Positions 36,820-49,396 of a stretch of DNA of 64,000 nt are shown in pieces. The translations under genes were made by a program, and so were the position numbers. The first letter of the stretch is position 1; every line of letters starts with the position of its first letter. The notes under the pieces were generated by a model that saw only the letters and a list, made by a program, of their open reading frames with translations, was not told the DNA's origin and searched no databases. The stretch is from Amoebophrya sp. A120 (taxonomy: Eukaryota > Protista > Dinoflagellata). The stretch lies in assembly GCA_905178155.1 (NCBI GenBank), contig CAJINV010000005.1, positions 4,319,556 to 4,383,555 on the forward strand. The letters are read 5' to 3'.

Positions 36820-37520
36820 TTTGGGTTGCGTCCATGAACGCGCCAGGCACGACAAGGATGGAGTGTACGTGTGACAAGGTAGATCAGATGTTGGAGGATA
36901 TTTTTACGAGTGTTTTTTATCGTTTACAAATTTGGCGCAGACAGACTTCGTCGGAAACTGCATGCATCCCCGGGCACAATTCCGATCATTTCAAGAACAG
37001 ACAGTTCAGCCAAATAGGCTATATTGCGTTTTTTTACTTTCATCGAACATAGGCGATTTTTACCAATGCATTGCACGGCAGGAGCATGCGCCAAACATGA
37101 CATGTCGGTTTGAGAAAAACTCAAAAACGGTTATTTTTGCATGTTGTTGCTGTAGGAAACCGTGAGTACTAGTGTCCAAAAAGTGTGCATTCTCGGGGAA
37201 AACAGGGTAATGGTGCGGGGGTACCGCAAACAATGGACGACCCCTTCAATAGTGTGGGAAACAAATCTAATGTATTTTGATGAGGTCGAAGGACTAGTTT
37301 CGTGCATTTGTGAACTCGATCGGAGCGTGCGTTTACTTGATGATGATGTTCAAAATTTATGTATTAATTATACAAAGCTTCAAAATAAACCGACCAAAAC
37401 GGAGCGTCGTCAGTGGTATGCTCTATGCATAATCTTATGAATGTGAAGCAGATACTTACTACGTCTCTAAAAATACTGACGAAGCAGGCAAGTGCGAAAG
37501 GAATATCTCGCTCCAAGCCT

Positions 37521-39844
37521 TTATTTCTTCTTCTTGCCTCCCTTCTTCCCCTTTTTGCCGCCCTTCTTTCCCTTTGTCGCCTCCTCGATGACGGCTTTTC
37601 GATCCTGATTGCACTTTCGATCGAGCCCGCTCAAATTGGAAAGCGGCCCGCTGCCACCGCCGCCGCCGGACTCTTCCTCTTCATCCTCCTCGTCGTCGTC
37701 TCCGCCGCCGCCCTCGGCCACCTGTTGATAGTGTGTGCAAGAAAGTGACGGCATCCCTCACCGTTTTCTCCGTTTTTTCATCGTGATACTATAACGTGCA
37801 TGTAACAGAGAAACCTACAGCAGTGTCAACAGCAAAAATAAATTCGGTGCTCTTGTTGAAAAAATTCTATAAAAATCCTTATGCAAGTTCCAAAAGATAA
37901 AAAGAAGTACCTCAGTGACGCCCTCGGTGCCGAGTTTGTTTCGGATGCGCGCGATGAGCGAGGTTTGGTCCTTCACGTACTCCAGTGGGTTCAGGAGCTT
38001 GAAGAGGTGGTGCATCTTGTAGGACCGGGCCACGTCGAAGGGGATCTGGTCCCGCTTGTTCAGCAAAGTGATCAGGTCGGTGGACTTCATCTTGATCAAG
38101 AGTTGGCAGATGACCAGTGACCCCTTCTATCAGAGTGAAAAAAGGCCCCACCCCATAGAAAAAAGGAAATTTCTGTTGCTGGATTTCTGTACACAAATCA
38201 CCGCTGTATTGCAGAAAGCGCTTGGCAGCACTTCCTGCGCCTGATTGGGTATGCAACAGGCTAGGAGTTAGGCATGGCAGACACCTTTGCAGTATGCATC
38301 ACCGCATCACAGATTGGCTGTGGAATGCGCCAAGCGGCTCCCATTTGCGGTATTTGCAAGCCAGAACGGATTTTTGGTAAACAAATCAGCATCACAAATT
38401 TCCTTCCCGATATGGGGAGAGAGGATTTTTCCTCGCAATACCTTCTCCGCGGCCTTGTGGAGCGGCGTGTCGCCGTCCTCGTCCTTCTGCGTGATCAGCA
38501 GCCCGATGTTATCCCACAGAAAAAAGCGGGCAGGTCACATTTGTAATGCAAAAATAAATACACAGAAAAATCCGCACTGCGTATCCTAAACAGCATGCTA
38601 CGAGGCCGCCCATGACGGATTTTTCTGTGTATTTATTTTTGCATTACAAATATGCCCTGCCAGCTTTTTTCTGTGGGATAGATGTCCTTCGGGTCCAGGG
38701 TGCGCAGGAGAAACACCAGCACGTCGGTGCCGTTCTGGCGCGCGCAGTGGTGGAACACGTTCCGCTTGCTGCCGTCCACGACCTTCGGGTCCGCGCCGAG
38801 GCCGAGCAGGTACTTGGCCAGGTCCTTGTCGTTCTGGTAGCAGGTGAACAAAAACAGCGTCATGTGGTTGCAGGTAGGGTTCTTCCAGTCCAAGACCGCC
38901 CCGTCCTTCAGGGCGGTGGAAATGCCCGGGACGTCGGTGCCCCCCTCCTTGAAGTACACGTCACCCGTGCTGGCCTGCCGCCACAAGGTTCGTGTCGCGA
39001 GAATCTGCTTGTCCGTCAGCTGCGCCGGGACTTTGCTGTTCTGCGCCAACTGCCCGCCGCGCTGTTGTGTTTTTTTTAACATCGATTTATTTATTCCTAG
39101 TGCAGTTGTGTGCTCGGTAATTCGTGCAGTGTGCGTGCTGGCGCGAATAAAATCACAAGAAACGAAAAAAGATCATTCGGCAAGGTAAGCATGCAGTAGA
39201 AGTAGGGATCCATTTCTCGTGACAATGAATGAGGCGGGTAGTACGGATGAAAAATAAAGGCTGCGAAAAGCCTACATGCAACGAACGCCGTCTTCTATAT
39301 TAAGTGCGATGCAGTGTTTTGCTAATATTTAACCCGCGAAGAACAACAATTCTTTCACTGAAGCAACTACATATACCTTCGTCTGCTTCTCGGGGGCCGT
39401 GAGGATTTCCTTTTCGCAGAAGTAGCCCGTGAACGGCGTTTTTCGCTCCACCACGCTGATGGTTTTCTTCACCATTGCGGCGGGCGGCGGCAGGTGCGGC
39501 AACCGGACCGCCTGGCGGGAAGACTTTACCGGCACTTTCTTCCCGGAAACGGGGTCGTTTTCCTGCAGTGCGTGCCAGTCGACGGTGTAGCTGGTGGGCA
39601 TCGGGTGCGGGTCGGTGTTTCGGTAGGAAAACTTGATGCAGCCACCGCGGTCCCACAGAAACTCCTCCTCGTACAGACCGTCGACCACGGGCATGTGCTT
39701 GCCGTTGCCCAGCACGGCCCGGTACCGTGGCACCGTAAAGTCACCCTCCCAGCGGAGCGGGTGCTTGTACTTCTTCTCGCCGTCCTCCCCTCCGGCCGCG
39801 AGCATGGTGCTCTGTGTGGCGAACGACCCAAAATGCTGCGACAT
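37521..39844 (-). CDS. Ankyrin-repeat protein with acidic then Lys/Gly-rich tail (paralogue 1), multi-exon
   Basis: YLLGLGADP, NVFHHCA, DGDTPLHKAAEKG after introner removal. C-terminal GGKKGKKGGKKKK. Confidence 0.8.
38128..38440. mobile_element. Introner-like TIR element, family B-related (313 bp)
   Basis: TATCAGAGTGAAAAAAGGCCCC...GGATTTTTCCTCGCAATA, TSD CCTTC. Join reads AAEK|GSLVIC. Can be read as GT-AG. Confidence 0.88.
38510..38680. mobile_element. Introner-like foldback element, family F (171 bp, 65-bp arms)
   Basis: Arms 38510-38574 and 38616-38680 have 3 mismatches, TSD GATGT. Join reads DPKDI|GLLITQKD. Confidence 0.92.
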
Positions 39845-40678
39845 GATCTGGTGGTGCGTGATGTAGTCGGCGGGAAGAGGAAACTGCTTTCAAGCTACAA
39901 AGAGCGGGGATCAACCGTTTTAGTCGATCAGTCGTTGCAACGTAAAAAAAAAACCGAAAAATCCCGCAAAGGAGGCAAATGGGTAAATAATTCAACGACC
40001 ACGGGGGCAAAAAGTGTTGTAAAAGTGAAGATCCAAAATGGTGTTTATTCTCAACGGGATGCGTTTCTGAACACGATGTTGGTATTTTCCTGTAATGGTG
40101 TGAAAGAATGTTTTTTCATCTGTTCTTTCAACACGATGATGTAAAGAGAGTCCGATGTTGACTGCTGCCCCAAGTGCATAATTCCGTTTCGTGAACGAGA
40201 CAAGAAATCTCCAAAGTAAGTGTACAGGTTGTGGACGATTGAAACGCAAATGTGAACGAAACCGCGTGGTATCATGAGGAAGAACGAACCGAACAAGAAA
40301 CCAAAAACGAAAACGACATGATCTGTGATGTGTTGCTTCAGTTATTTACCGGTGGTGCGTCACTAATTTCAATACTTACGGTGAACGTCAACGGGTGAGG
40401 TGTTGACGTGCAAAATATAACTCGAGGTGTACGACATACTTCCCTTTAAAACCGAGTAAAAGCTGTATTGCGCTGAATTATGAATTAGTTTCATCATCAT
40501 ACACAAAACGACTAAATAGTGACCGAAATCATGAAAGAGGTATTACGTATTGAAATTGGAATCTCACGTACTCTTACTGCATGCCGACTAACGATGACAC
40601 GACGAAATAAATTGTACAGTTTCTATGCCCTGAAACTTCGATACTGAAACCATCGATGATACACGACCTTACTCTCGT

Positions 40679-43633
40679 CTACTTCTTTTTCTTCTTTTTC
40701 CCGCCCTTCTTGCCGCCCTTCTTTTTGGCCGCTTTCAGCTCGGCCGCGCGGGTCTGGTTGCACTGCCGGTCGAGGGACAGAAGGTTCTTAAATTTGGTTT
40801 TCAGGGCGCCCCCGCCACCGCCTTCTTCGTCCTCGTCGTCGTCGTCGCCGCCGGCCGCGCCAGCGTCCTCTATCCTGTGTAAAAACGTCCCCACATCACC
40901 GAGTCAACATGGGAAATCTGCTAGACAAATCACACAACTGTGGTTGTTTGGCATGACAAATTTGGACGCGTAGTGTAGTGCTGTTGTCGTTGTGTTTGAG
41001 CTAGTTCAGCAGCATTACAGATCTAGTAGCTCGTGCTCATTGGAGCATGACAAATTTCAAACCCGCATTAGAAAATGCTTCTCGTGGGGCTGCGCATGAG
41101 AAACATTTTAAGCATGCAGAGTTGCATGACAACTATGGTGATGTGGGGACGTTGTTACACGGGATATCCTCCTCCTCCTCTTCGTCCTCCTCGTTGTCTC
41201 CGTCCTCCTCGTTGTTGCCGCTGTCCTGCTATCCAAATGAAAAGCCCATCCTTCACCCAGATCTGCTTGAGAGCGTCGGCATTGATTGTAGCAGAGTGGA
41301 TAAGTAGTACATTTGCCACGCTCTATGTAGCAACGTCAAAGATTTGTTTCGCTGCATGTAGCAGCATCAGAGTTTCGAATAAATGTGTGCTGCACACTAG
41401 CGCAGTTGCGGCAATGTGTGTCACGCTAGAGCTGCTGCACACCAACTCGACTGTCGCACTTCTCGTCCCTTTATGCAAGACAAGAAACAAATTTTAATTT
41501 TCCCCGGGAAACATCAAACTTTGCACGGCAAATACTTGGCATATCTGGAGGCGGGGCGCTTTTCACTTGCGTACCTTCTCGAGCCGCATGCGCATGCGGT
41601 TTGCGAGGGAATTCGGATCCTGCACGTAGGTGTTGGGGTCCACCAGCTGCCGCAGATGGTAGGCGTTATGGCGCGTCGCGGTGTCTTTGGGGTACTCTCC
41701 GCGCGCGTTCCGCAAAAAAAGCAACTCCTTGAAGCTGTGCGCCTTGAGGTACAGCTCCGCGACCACCTTGCTCCCCGAGGCGGCCGCTAGGTGCAGTGGC
41801 GTGTTGCCGTCTTCGTCGGGTGAGAGCAGCAAAAAGGGTAACACGGACTTGCTGCCCGGCTGCTCCAGCTTGCGCAGCAGGAAGGTGGCGGTTTCGTATG
41901 CGTTCGCCTCCGCGCAGTGGTGGAACAGGTTGCGGTCTTTGCGGTCAACAGTGAGAAGGTCCGGACCGTACCGGAGGTAGAGGTACTCCACCATCTTGCG
42001 TTCGTTCATCCAGCACTTCATCGCAAACAGGCTCTTGCCATCCGCGTCGGGATTCTTCCAATTTATCGATGCCCCCTCGCGCACCGAGGACGCCATACCT
42101 GAGTCGTTGTCAAGTTCATGTTGTGAGCTGCAAGAACTACAACACCACAGAAGCTCAATGTCAATTTTCGTGTGGTCCTCGAACAATAGGCATGCAAAGG
42201 CGGATCTTTTTTAGCAGCTAGTATAGTTTTAATATCTAATCTTTCAATCGAAAAGATGTGGAAAATTGTACCTGGAACTTCGTCGTTAAAGGGATCCCAC
42301 TTCTTTTTGTCTTTGTCTTTTTTCCCCGCCGGGGCCCAGTACATGTCCCCCGTGCTAGACTCGCGCCACAACCGCTGCGTCGCCTTGACCTGCTTCTCGC
42401 CCTCGAGTTGGGCCGGCGCGACGAAGCCTTTTTGGCTGACGGCCCGGCCCACTTTTGGGTTCATACTCACCGGGGCGACAAACGTGCTCTGCGTGGAAAA
42501 CCGCCCGTGGAAGGTCGTGTGCGGAAACATCGCCACACAGGATGCCGATTTTTGCAGCGTTTTCGGCACCACGTTGTGCAGAGTGGGAAGGCGGAGCGGC
42601 TTCTTATCTTCCCCGGCTTCCTCCGCCCCGAGCTCAAGCAACGTTGGAGGATCTGTTCATTGGAAAGAGTACTAAATTCGGTGCACTACACTGCATCATC
42701 TTGGGCGAAAAGGGATCCGCAACACATTCGGCGAAGATCACTATCTTCATGTTGACGATGATCTAGTGGCAATCTATTACATCAAACAGACCGCGCATCG
42801 AAAACGGCGTTTCTGTGCTGCAAACAAATTTGGAATTTTACTGTAGTAGATGCCCGCAAGACAGCACGACCGAACACAGCAGCTGCAACTGGGGCACTTC
42901 TCGTACGTACGACTTAATTATAAACTCAAATCTATTATCATAGAAAAGCGAAAAATAAAAATTTCGTCGCAGTTCTTGCGTGCAATACAGGCATTGACGG
43001 ACGTCCGGGGCGGCGGAATGTCGGACCTGCGGACGTGGTAGGGGCCCACCTTGCCCCCCCGGTCCCAGTCGAACCCGTCAAAGTACTGGTCGTGCCCCCC
43101 GAACGTTTTGTCCATGCCTGCGCTGCTGGTCGATTTCAGAAGATGGGAGGACATCAAGCTCGAGGTCGTGCGGAACCGGTTTTTGTTTTCTAGCACGTGC
43201 CGGTAGCGATCCAGAGAAAAGTCGCCGTGCAGCTTGGACCAGGGAACGTAGGTCATCGCCGCGCTGTATCCTGAGTAAAAACGTACCCACACCAGAGTCA
43301 GGATAGGGATTTTGCAACACAAACCTAGGAGCTTTGTGAGTCACGCATGACAAGTTGCGCTATGCAGTGTAGTGCAGGTTAGCAAGTGCAACCGCATCAC
43401 AGATTCATTTGCTCATCCTGTTCACAGCATCACAAATTCCAAAACACGATTGAGCATGGCTCTCATGGGGATGCGCATTACAAGTCTTCCTGTCTTTGCA
43501 AATCTGCATTACAACTCTGGTGTGGGTACGTTTTTACTCAGGATACGCTGGCCCGCTCCTCCGTGGCCAACGGCATGGCGTGGAGCGGCGAGTTGCCGCC
43601 CCCGCGGTCTTTAGACAGACCGCGATCGAGCAT
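40679..43633 (-). CDS. Ankyrin-repeat protein with acidic then Lys/Gly-rich tail (paralogue 2), multi-exon
   Basis: Shares GDF..RYR.VL.N, F.WDRGG, LWR..STGD.Y, FHHCA, DG.TPLH.AA, LDR.CNQ and the KKGGKK tail with paralogue 1. Confidence 0.8.
40871..41166. mobile_element. Introner-like TIR element, family E (296 bp)
   Basis: TATCCTGTGTAAAAACGTCCCCACATCACC...GGTGATGTGGGGACGTTGTTACACGGGATA, TSD TCCTC. Join reads EEEE|DAGAAG. Confidence 0.9.
43267..43545. mobile_element. Introner-like TIR element, family E (279 bp)
   Basis: Perfect 32-bp TIR TATCCTGAGTAAAAACGTACCCACACCAGAGT, TSD CGCTG. Join reads ERAS|AAMTYVPW. Confidence 0.93.
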
Positions 43634-44063
43634 TTACTAGTTCTTTGGTGCTTGCTACTTTGGTTATATTCTGAATACGACCGTGAGGGACTAGTAGTGG
43701 GCGTTAGAAATAAAATCGAGGCAGTGTTTCTGTAGCTTCAGAAAAAGTGGATGTGCATCAGCAACATTCAATCATCTGCGACAGAGAGCGCCGCTGATTG
43801 GGTCTGAAAAAAAAACAAATCATCGCCATTGAAGCACTGAAACGGCCAGACCAATGGAAAGGGATGCGACTCTCAAACGACAAAAAACATGCGAACATGA
43901 AAAAAAAACTCCGGCAAGAAACTGGAAAAAAAGACACCGAATCGAGTTCGAAAGGCAAACAGCGCCCTCAAAAAAGTGACTAGGCTTCTTTAGTAGAGAA
44001 GGTGCTGATGATTGTTTTCCAGCATTACAACACTCAGTGCTGTAGATTTATTTCCAGCATTGC

Positions 44064-46682
44064 TCAGTAGTCAGTACCTTGTGTAAAAACTTCCTTCGCA
44101 TTGGATCCGGGTTTGATCATCAGTGTGTGCTCGTACTGAGCCACATAGGCACCGAACTTTTCGACCAGTGGCGGATATGCGTCCACCAGTCCCGCTTCGC
44201 AGAGTAGTTCCAGGTGCGCCGCTAGTCCCTTCGCCGTGAAAACGGGCAGCTTCCAACCCGCGCAGCTTCCGGGACTACTCTTCTGCGATGCGCTCGCCAC
44301 ACTCTTCCTGGATCGCAGTGCCGTATTATTTTCCTCCGTCAACCTCAGCTTTTGCAGTGCACATGGCTGCAAACTGCCTCCTGCTACTTCGTCCAACGCG
44401 GCTTCGTCCATTGCATTTCCCCTGTAGACGGCGTCCGCGGCCATGGAGCCCCTTCTCGGTCTCGCCAAAATCCAGCGTGGACAGAAGGCCAGGGTTGAAA
44501 AGTCCGCGTAGAGCTGTTGGTACAGTACCGCGGCACTTTCAAACGCATCCCGCGCTCGCGGTTGCGCCGAAAGCGGCAGCGCGCGCCGAAGTTGCTGCTC
44601 TATCAGCATCGTGCGTGTAGTTGTGCGGGCTGCACCTTTTTGGCTCATCGGTGGCGCAGCGACGCGGAGGAAAGGCCCGTCTTTGGTTGCCGACGACCCT
44701 GTACTGCCCGTCTCCTTGCTCCTCGAGCAGTCCGAAGGTACCCGCCACACCTTGTCGAAGAACGTGCCGCGCCGGAGCATGTAGTGCGTGCAGGGGTGCA
44801 ACTGGTGGCTCATTAAGGCGGGGTCCATGTTGAAAACCCATCCCCATCCCTTGTACGAAGCGAACGTTTCGATGGCCCACTGTTCACCCGCGCGCATGCG
44901 CTGCCGCGACCCGACCAAAATCGGGGCCAGCATTTTACCGGCGTGGATTTTTCCCTGCTCCAGCGCATGCCCGTTCAGGTTGCGGATCGGCTGCACGGGA
45001 TACACCCGACCCTCCGTGGTTATTACCTCGCCCGCCTCCATTATCGCAAAAAAAAGTGTTTCACGGTAAGGATTTTGCAAGTTTTGCATCACAAGTTTTT
45101 TCTACATCACAGAGAAAATTTGCCATGCGAGATTTCTAAGAGAAAACACAGCTAAAAATCTAGTGTCTTGCATGTGCTGTAGCAAGATAAACACTTCTCA
45201 GATACAGTTTCTGCATTACAAGTTCACAGTAAAACAGTTTTTTCTTGTGATATCCATCACCTCCTGGATCGCACTAGACACCGTGGACAATTTCACGTCC
45301 ATCCCCGCCGCGCGGATGCCGGTGTACGTTGCCTCTTGCACGACTTCCAGAAGCTGTTCTTGCGGGGAAAGGGCGAAGGCCGCCTGTCCCCCTGAATTAA
45401 ACCCCCTAAGAGCGGACAGTGCGTCAACATCCGCTCCGCTCCAGGTGAAGGAGAACGCCGAGTCGACTATCCATCCGTCGTAGTGAATCCCAAAGTCCAC
45501 CGAAACAACGTGTTATGGAGGGAAAGCGAGGCGCAACAATCATGCCACGGGTTGTGATTCATTGTTTATTTTCAGCATATGCATGCACAGCCGAACCAGA
45601 CGAGACACCAAATGTTGAAGGCCGAGAATTTGCTTTCGAAGGTTGTCTGCTCTGCACAGTTTGCTAAGACCTTGCCGGGAGCGAGAGAATATCCTGTGTT
45701 CCGGGCGAGACAAGAAGAGCGAATGCAATGCAACGGGCGTTTGCAGTTCCACGACTTGTTCCCAATTTGGTAGATCCCCCTGTTGCAGGTATTGTGGGGC
45801 CGACGCCCCGGGCGTTCGGGAGTCGTGCGCCGCAACTTCGTTCACATTGACGCCGGTGGGAAAAGCGTGGCCGGCGCGAGCGCTCAGGTTCGGGTCTTTT
45901 TCCAGCTCGGAATAAAACGCTCGCTCGATCGCGCCCACCAGCTCCTCGCTCGTGGTTCCTACCGCTTGCCGGCTGCTCCGAGCATTATGTCGTTTGCTTC
46001 CTGCAGCCGCGTGGCGTCCGCACTCGGCGGCAAGGCGGTTGCGAAAGCTCGCCGCCAGGTGTTCGTACGCTTTCGCACGTACTGCGCGATGCAGCGCTCC
46101 GCCGCCGCGCAGGCCCTCCGCTTGTTCCTCGTTGACGGTGCCGTCGTCTTGCAGCCCGGCGCCGAGTCGCCCGTCGAGCTTCCGCGTCCCATAGCCAGCG
46201 CCGAAAATCCGGTGATGCACCTCCTCGGCGATCTCGGGGAGAATCGCGTCCAAGCACTGCGCGCGGGCCCGGAGTCTGCGGCAGATGCGGCGCACGAGGT
46301 TCGGGCGGTGCACCGAGGGCGTTTCGCGGCCTGCCGACGCGGATGGCGTCTCCAAGGAGTTGCTTGCGCACACGACTACGTCCGCGGGATCGGCGCTCGC
46401 GGTTGCCGGGCCCTCCGCAAACAACCGCACGCCGTGAAGACGGAGCGCTTTTCCCTCGGCTCCGTCGCGGCAGGACTGGGACACGGTCGCGTCTGCACTT
46501 TGGAAGCTCGTCTCGTCTGCGTACTGGTTCAGCCGAAGTCGGTTCGGGTCAAGCGAGTACCGCAGCTCCGCGAATATCATTCGCAGCAGGAAAAGCGCCG
46601 ATGCGTCAATCAAAACGCTGCAAATCGCCAACCCGAGGTACAGCCAGAAGAGGCCCGGAATTTCGCCGAGGAAGGACCACAT
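44064..46682 (-). CDS. METAP2: Methionine aminopeptidase type 2 with hydrophobic N-terminal extension, multi-exon
   Basis: FPTGVNVNEVAAH, DFGIHYDGWIVDSAF, PIRNLNGH, AIETF, YPPL, VAQYEHT (D, D, H, E, E metal ligands). Confidence 0.9.
45042..45252. mobile_element. Introner-like TIR element, family G (211 bp)
   Basis: TATCGCAAAAAAAAGTGTTT...AAACAGTTTTTTCTTGTGATA, TSD TCCAT. Join reads IQEVME|AGEV. Confidence 0.88.
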
Positions 46683-47270
46683 CGCTTTATCCCTTCGGCG
46701 CGCGTATATTCGTTGAAGGAAGGAGCGAGGATCGCGATCGCAGGGAGTCGCAAATGACGGAGTATGCTAGAAAAAAGTGCGAGGCTAGAGGCCCACCTGG
46801 GAGACGCAGTGCTTGCTGGAAGCACCGCGATGCCAACGCATCTACAAGGACAAGCACGAGTGCCCAGGAACACACAAGGCAACCGGTCGGGGGTTCCTAC
46901 TGCAGGGGAGACGACGAGCGGGCCCCGGACGGGGCACCGGACCACGACCGGGCCCGCACAGACCAGGACCAGGGCCGCACGGACGGCGAAGCGGCCTGCA
47001 AGGACGACTTGGGGCAAATCAGGGCCGCCAGATGTGGAATGCCTGGAACGAGAAAGGCCCTGCAAGTGAAGGAGCGGCTGCAGCCTCGGACTTTTATTAT
47101 GTCCGACGCGGCCGGTAGAATGGCACGCCGTCTGGTCCCGAAAAGAAGCAGCGCCCGGAGAGCGGGGCGAAGCGCAGTCGACCCTCGACTGAAGCGCGAG
47201 AACCCGAATAGCGGCACCAAAAGCCGCACGAGGGGGGGTTGGCAACAAAAACACCAGAAGACTAACGCAC

Positions 47271-47370
47271 NNNNNNNNNNNNNNNNNNNNNNNNNNNNNN
47301 NNNNNNNNNNNNNNNNNNNNNNNNNNNNNNNNNNNNNNNNNNNNNNNNNNNNNNNNNNNNNNNNNNNNNN
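47271..47370. other. Assembly gap (100 N)
   Basis: Run of n. Confidence 1.
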
Positions 47371-47404
47371 GCACCAGCGCGCTCCCATCTAGAATTTCAC
47401 TGAG

Positions 47405-47442
47405 AAGGCGTCCTCAGCTGGAAATCCAGCTGAGGACGCCTT
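47405..47442. repeat. Perfect inverted repeat (18-bp arms, 2-nt spacer)
   Basis: AAGGCGTCCTCAGCTGGA-AA-TCCAGCTGAGGACGCCTT. Confidence 0.9.
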
Positions 47443-48744
47443 GCCAGAGCACTTCTGGCCGCCTGCAGCAAATTTATTACCAGGATTGCTTCCTTCCCCG
47501 AAGGCCCGCAAGGGTGAGAAGGATTGCCGGAGAAATACGCGGGTGTTCCAGTGAGAACGCACTTGAGCAGCGCTAGTGAAGTAGCACATTACCCATTTTC
47601 ATATCAAAGCAACGTATTTTACTGTGTATTTATGCCCATTCTCGAGAAAATAATGCTTGATCTGCTCTACACGGGCCATATTTGTATTTTTTCAGCAAGT
47701 ATCCCCTTGCGGTGTTCGGCGCTTAGTATTTGAGACATCTTCTGAGGCACTTTTTGTACGGTACTTGCCCCATAGGAGTTATGCGTGCGTGTGCGTTGTC
47801 GTTACGGCTTTTTTAGGTTGTTTTAAGGTATTTGAGATCGCCAACTTCGTAGCTTTACATCCTTTTCAGTCCGTTTTTAAGCGTTGCAGCTCCGACAAAC
47901 GAGATCCGAGTGGTCGAGCGTTTCTACACTTTTTTCAGGCGTATTTAGTGCGTTTTCAGAGGCGTTGAGCTCCTACAGGCCACCAAGCAGGACCGTTTTA
48001 CACGGAAAAAGCGTGCGTGTTTGGGCTTCTTTTTGAGGCGAAGATCGAGGGCACTTCTTGTTGCGTCCGGTGCGGCATTCGTGAACCCACCTGCTTGACC
48101 TCATTGAAACAATAGAGACAGCCAAGCGCTCACTTTCTTGCACGGCGGTACCTACGTGGCCTCCGTTGCGACACACAAATACTTGATACGAACAAGATAC
48201 TCGCTTCCCCGCTCGTGTGCACCGTGGTCCGCGTAGTTGCACCTTGCGGCTTCGAGATCTTCCGAAGCGTTACGTGTTCCTTGAGGACACGACTACTTCA
48301 TCCCGGATCCCGCTTGCGCCTACTTTTTTTCGTCTTTACCTCTGTTGGCCGCACTTACTCCGTGCCGGCCGGATTTATAGCGCGCGCGGCACAAATCTGC
48401 GCTGCGCAGCGAAGATTTGTGCTGCGGAGGAAGCAGGCCACCAAGAGCGCAAAACTGCAGCCCAAGCGCAACCGTTGCACATGAGCTGCAATTTTGCGAG
48501 GTCTTCTGCGACAGAAGACCGGTTTTTTGGCACGCACTTTTTTCAAAAAAAAAAAACCGTCCAGGTTATCCGTTTCTGTTACCCGTTTCACCCTGGCCCG
48601 GGGCAAAGGTGCCTTTCCCTGCGGACCCACAGGCCTACCCAACACACCGGACGGCCGCAACCTTGGTCATGTCTGGACCAATCAAACTCCACACATTCGG
48701 CAGGCTTGCACAGCTGCACTCTGCGATCTGGTTGGGCTGCCAAG

Positions 48745-49375
48745 AGGCACGATCTTGCGTCCTTAAGTTGCCAGCGGGCTTGATTTTGCGTGGTTTGGCT
48801 GCCTGTTGGCCAGATTTTGCCTGGTTCGGCCGCCAACAAACACAATTCTGTGCAGTTGGGACGCCAATAGGTAACATTCTGTCGGGTTGGGCCCTCAGCT
48901 CAAGACATATTGTGTGGCTGTGCCGCCAACTTGGAACATTTTGCGTGCCTCGGCCGCAAGCTTCTGAGATTTTGCATGGCTATGCGACTAGGTTGCAATA
49001 TTTTGCATGGTTTTGCTGTCATCTCACAGGATTCTGCGTCGTTCGGGCACCAACTAGCAAGATTCTACGCGGCTGGGCAACCATGTTGCAAGATTTTGCG
49101 TGGTTTGGCCACCAGCTGCCAAGATTTTGCGTCGTTCAGCCACCAGCTGACAAAATTTTGCGTGGTTAAGCCACCACCTTGAAAGATTTCACCTGTCGGC
49201 TCGCAAGATTTTACGCGAGTGGGCAACAAACTTGCAAGATTTTGCGTGGTTAGGCCACCAGCCCGCAAGATCTTGCGTGGTTGGGCAACCAGCTCGGAAA
49301 ATGTTGCGTGGTTGGACTACCAGGTGGCTAGATTTTGCGTAGTGGGCCCCCAAACCCAGAATATTTTGCATGTTT
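48745..49375. repeat. Degenerate tandem array, 21 units with 31-bp period
   Basis: Core GATTTTGC-like 8-mer at 48751, 48782, 48813 ... 49185, then one 22-bp step to 49207, then ... 49362. Confidence 0.85.
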
Positions 49376-49396
49376 CGCCCCCGCCGGGCCCGTGCA

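Noticed and set aside
46343-47392. Long ORFs spanning the N gap
   Set aside because: They are artefacts of N translation and GC-rich antisense frames, with no motifs.
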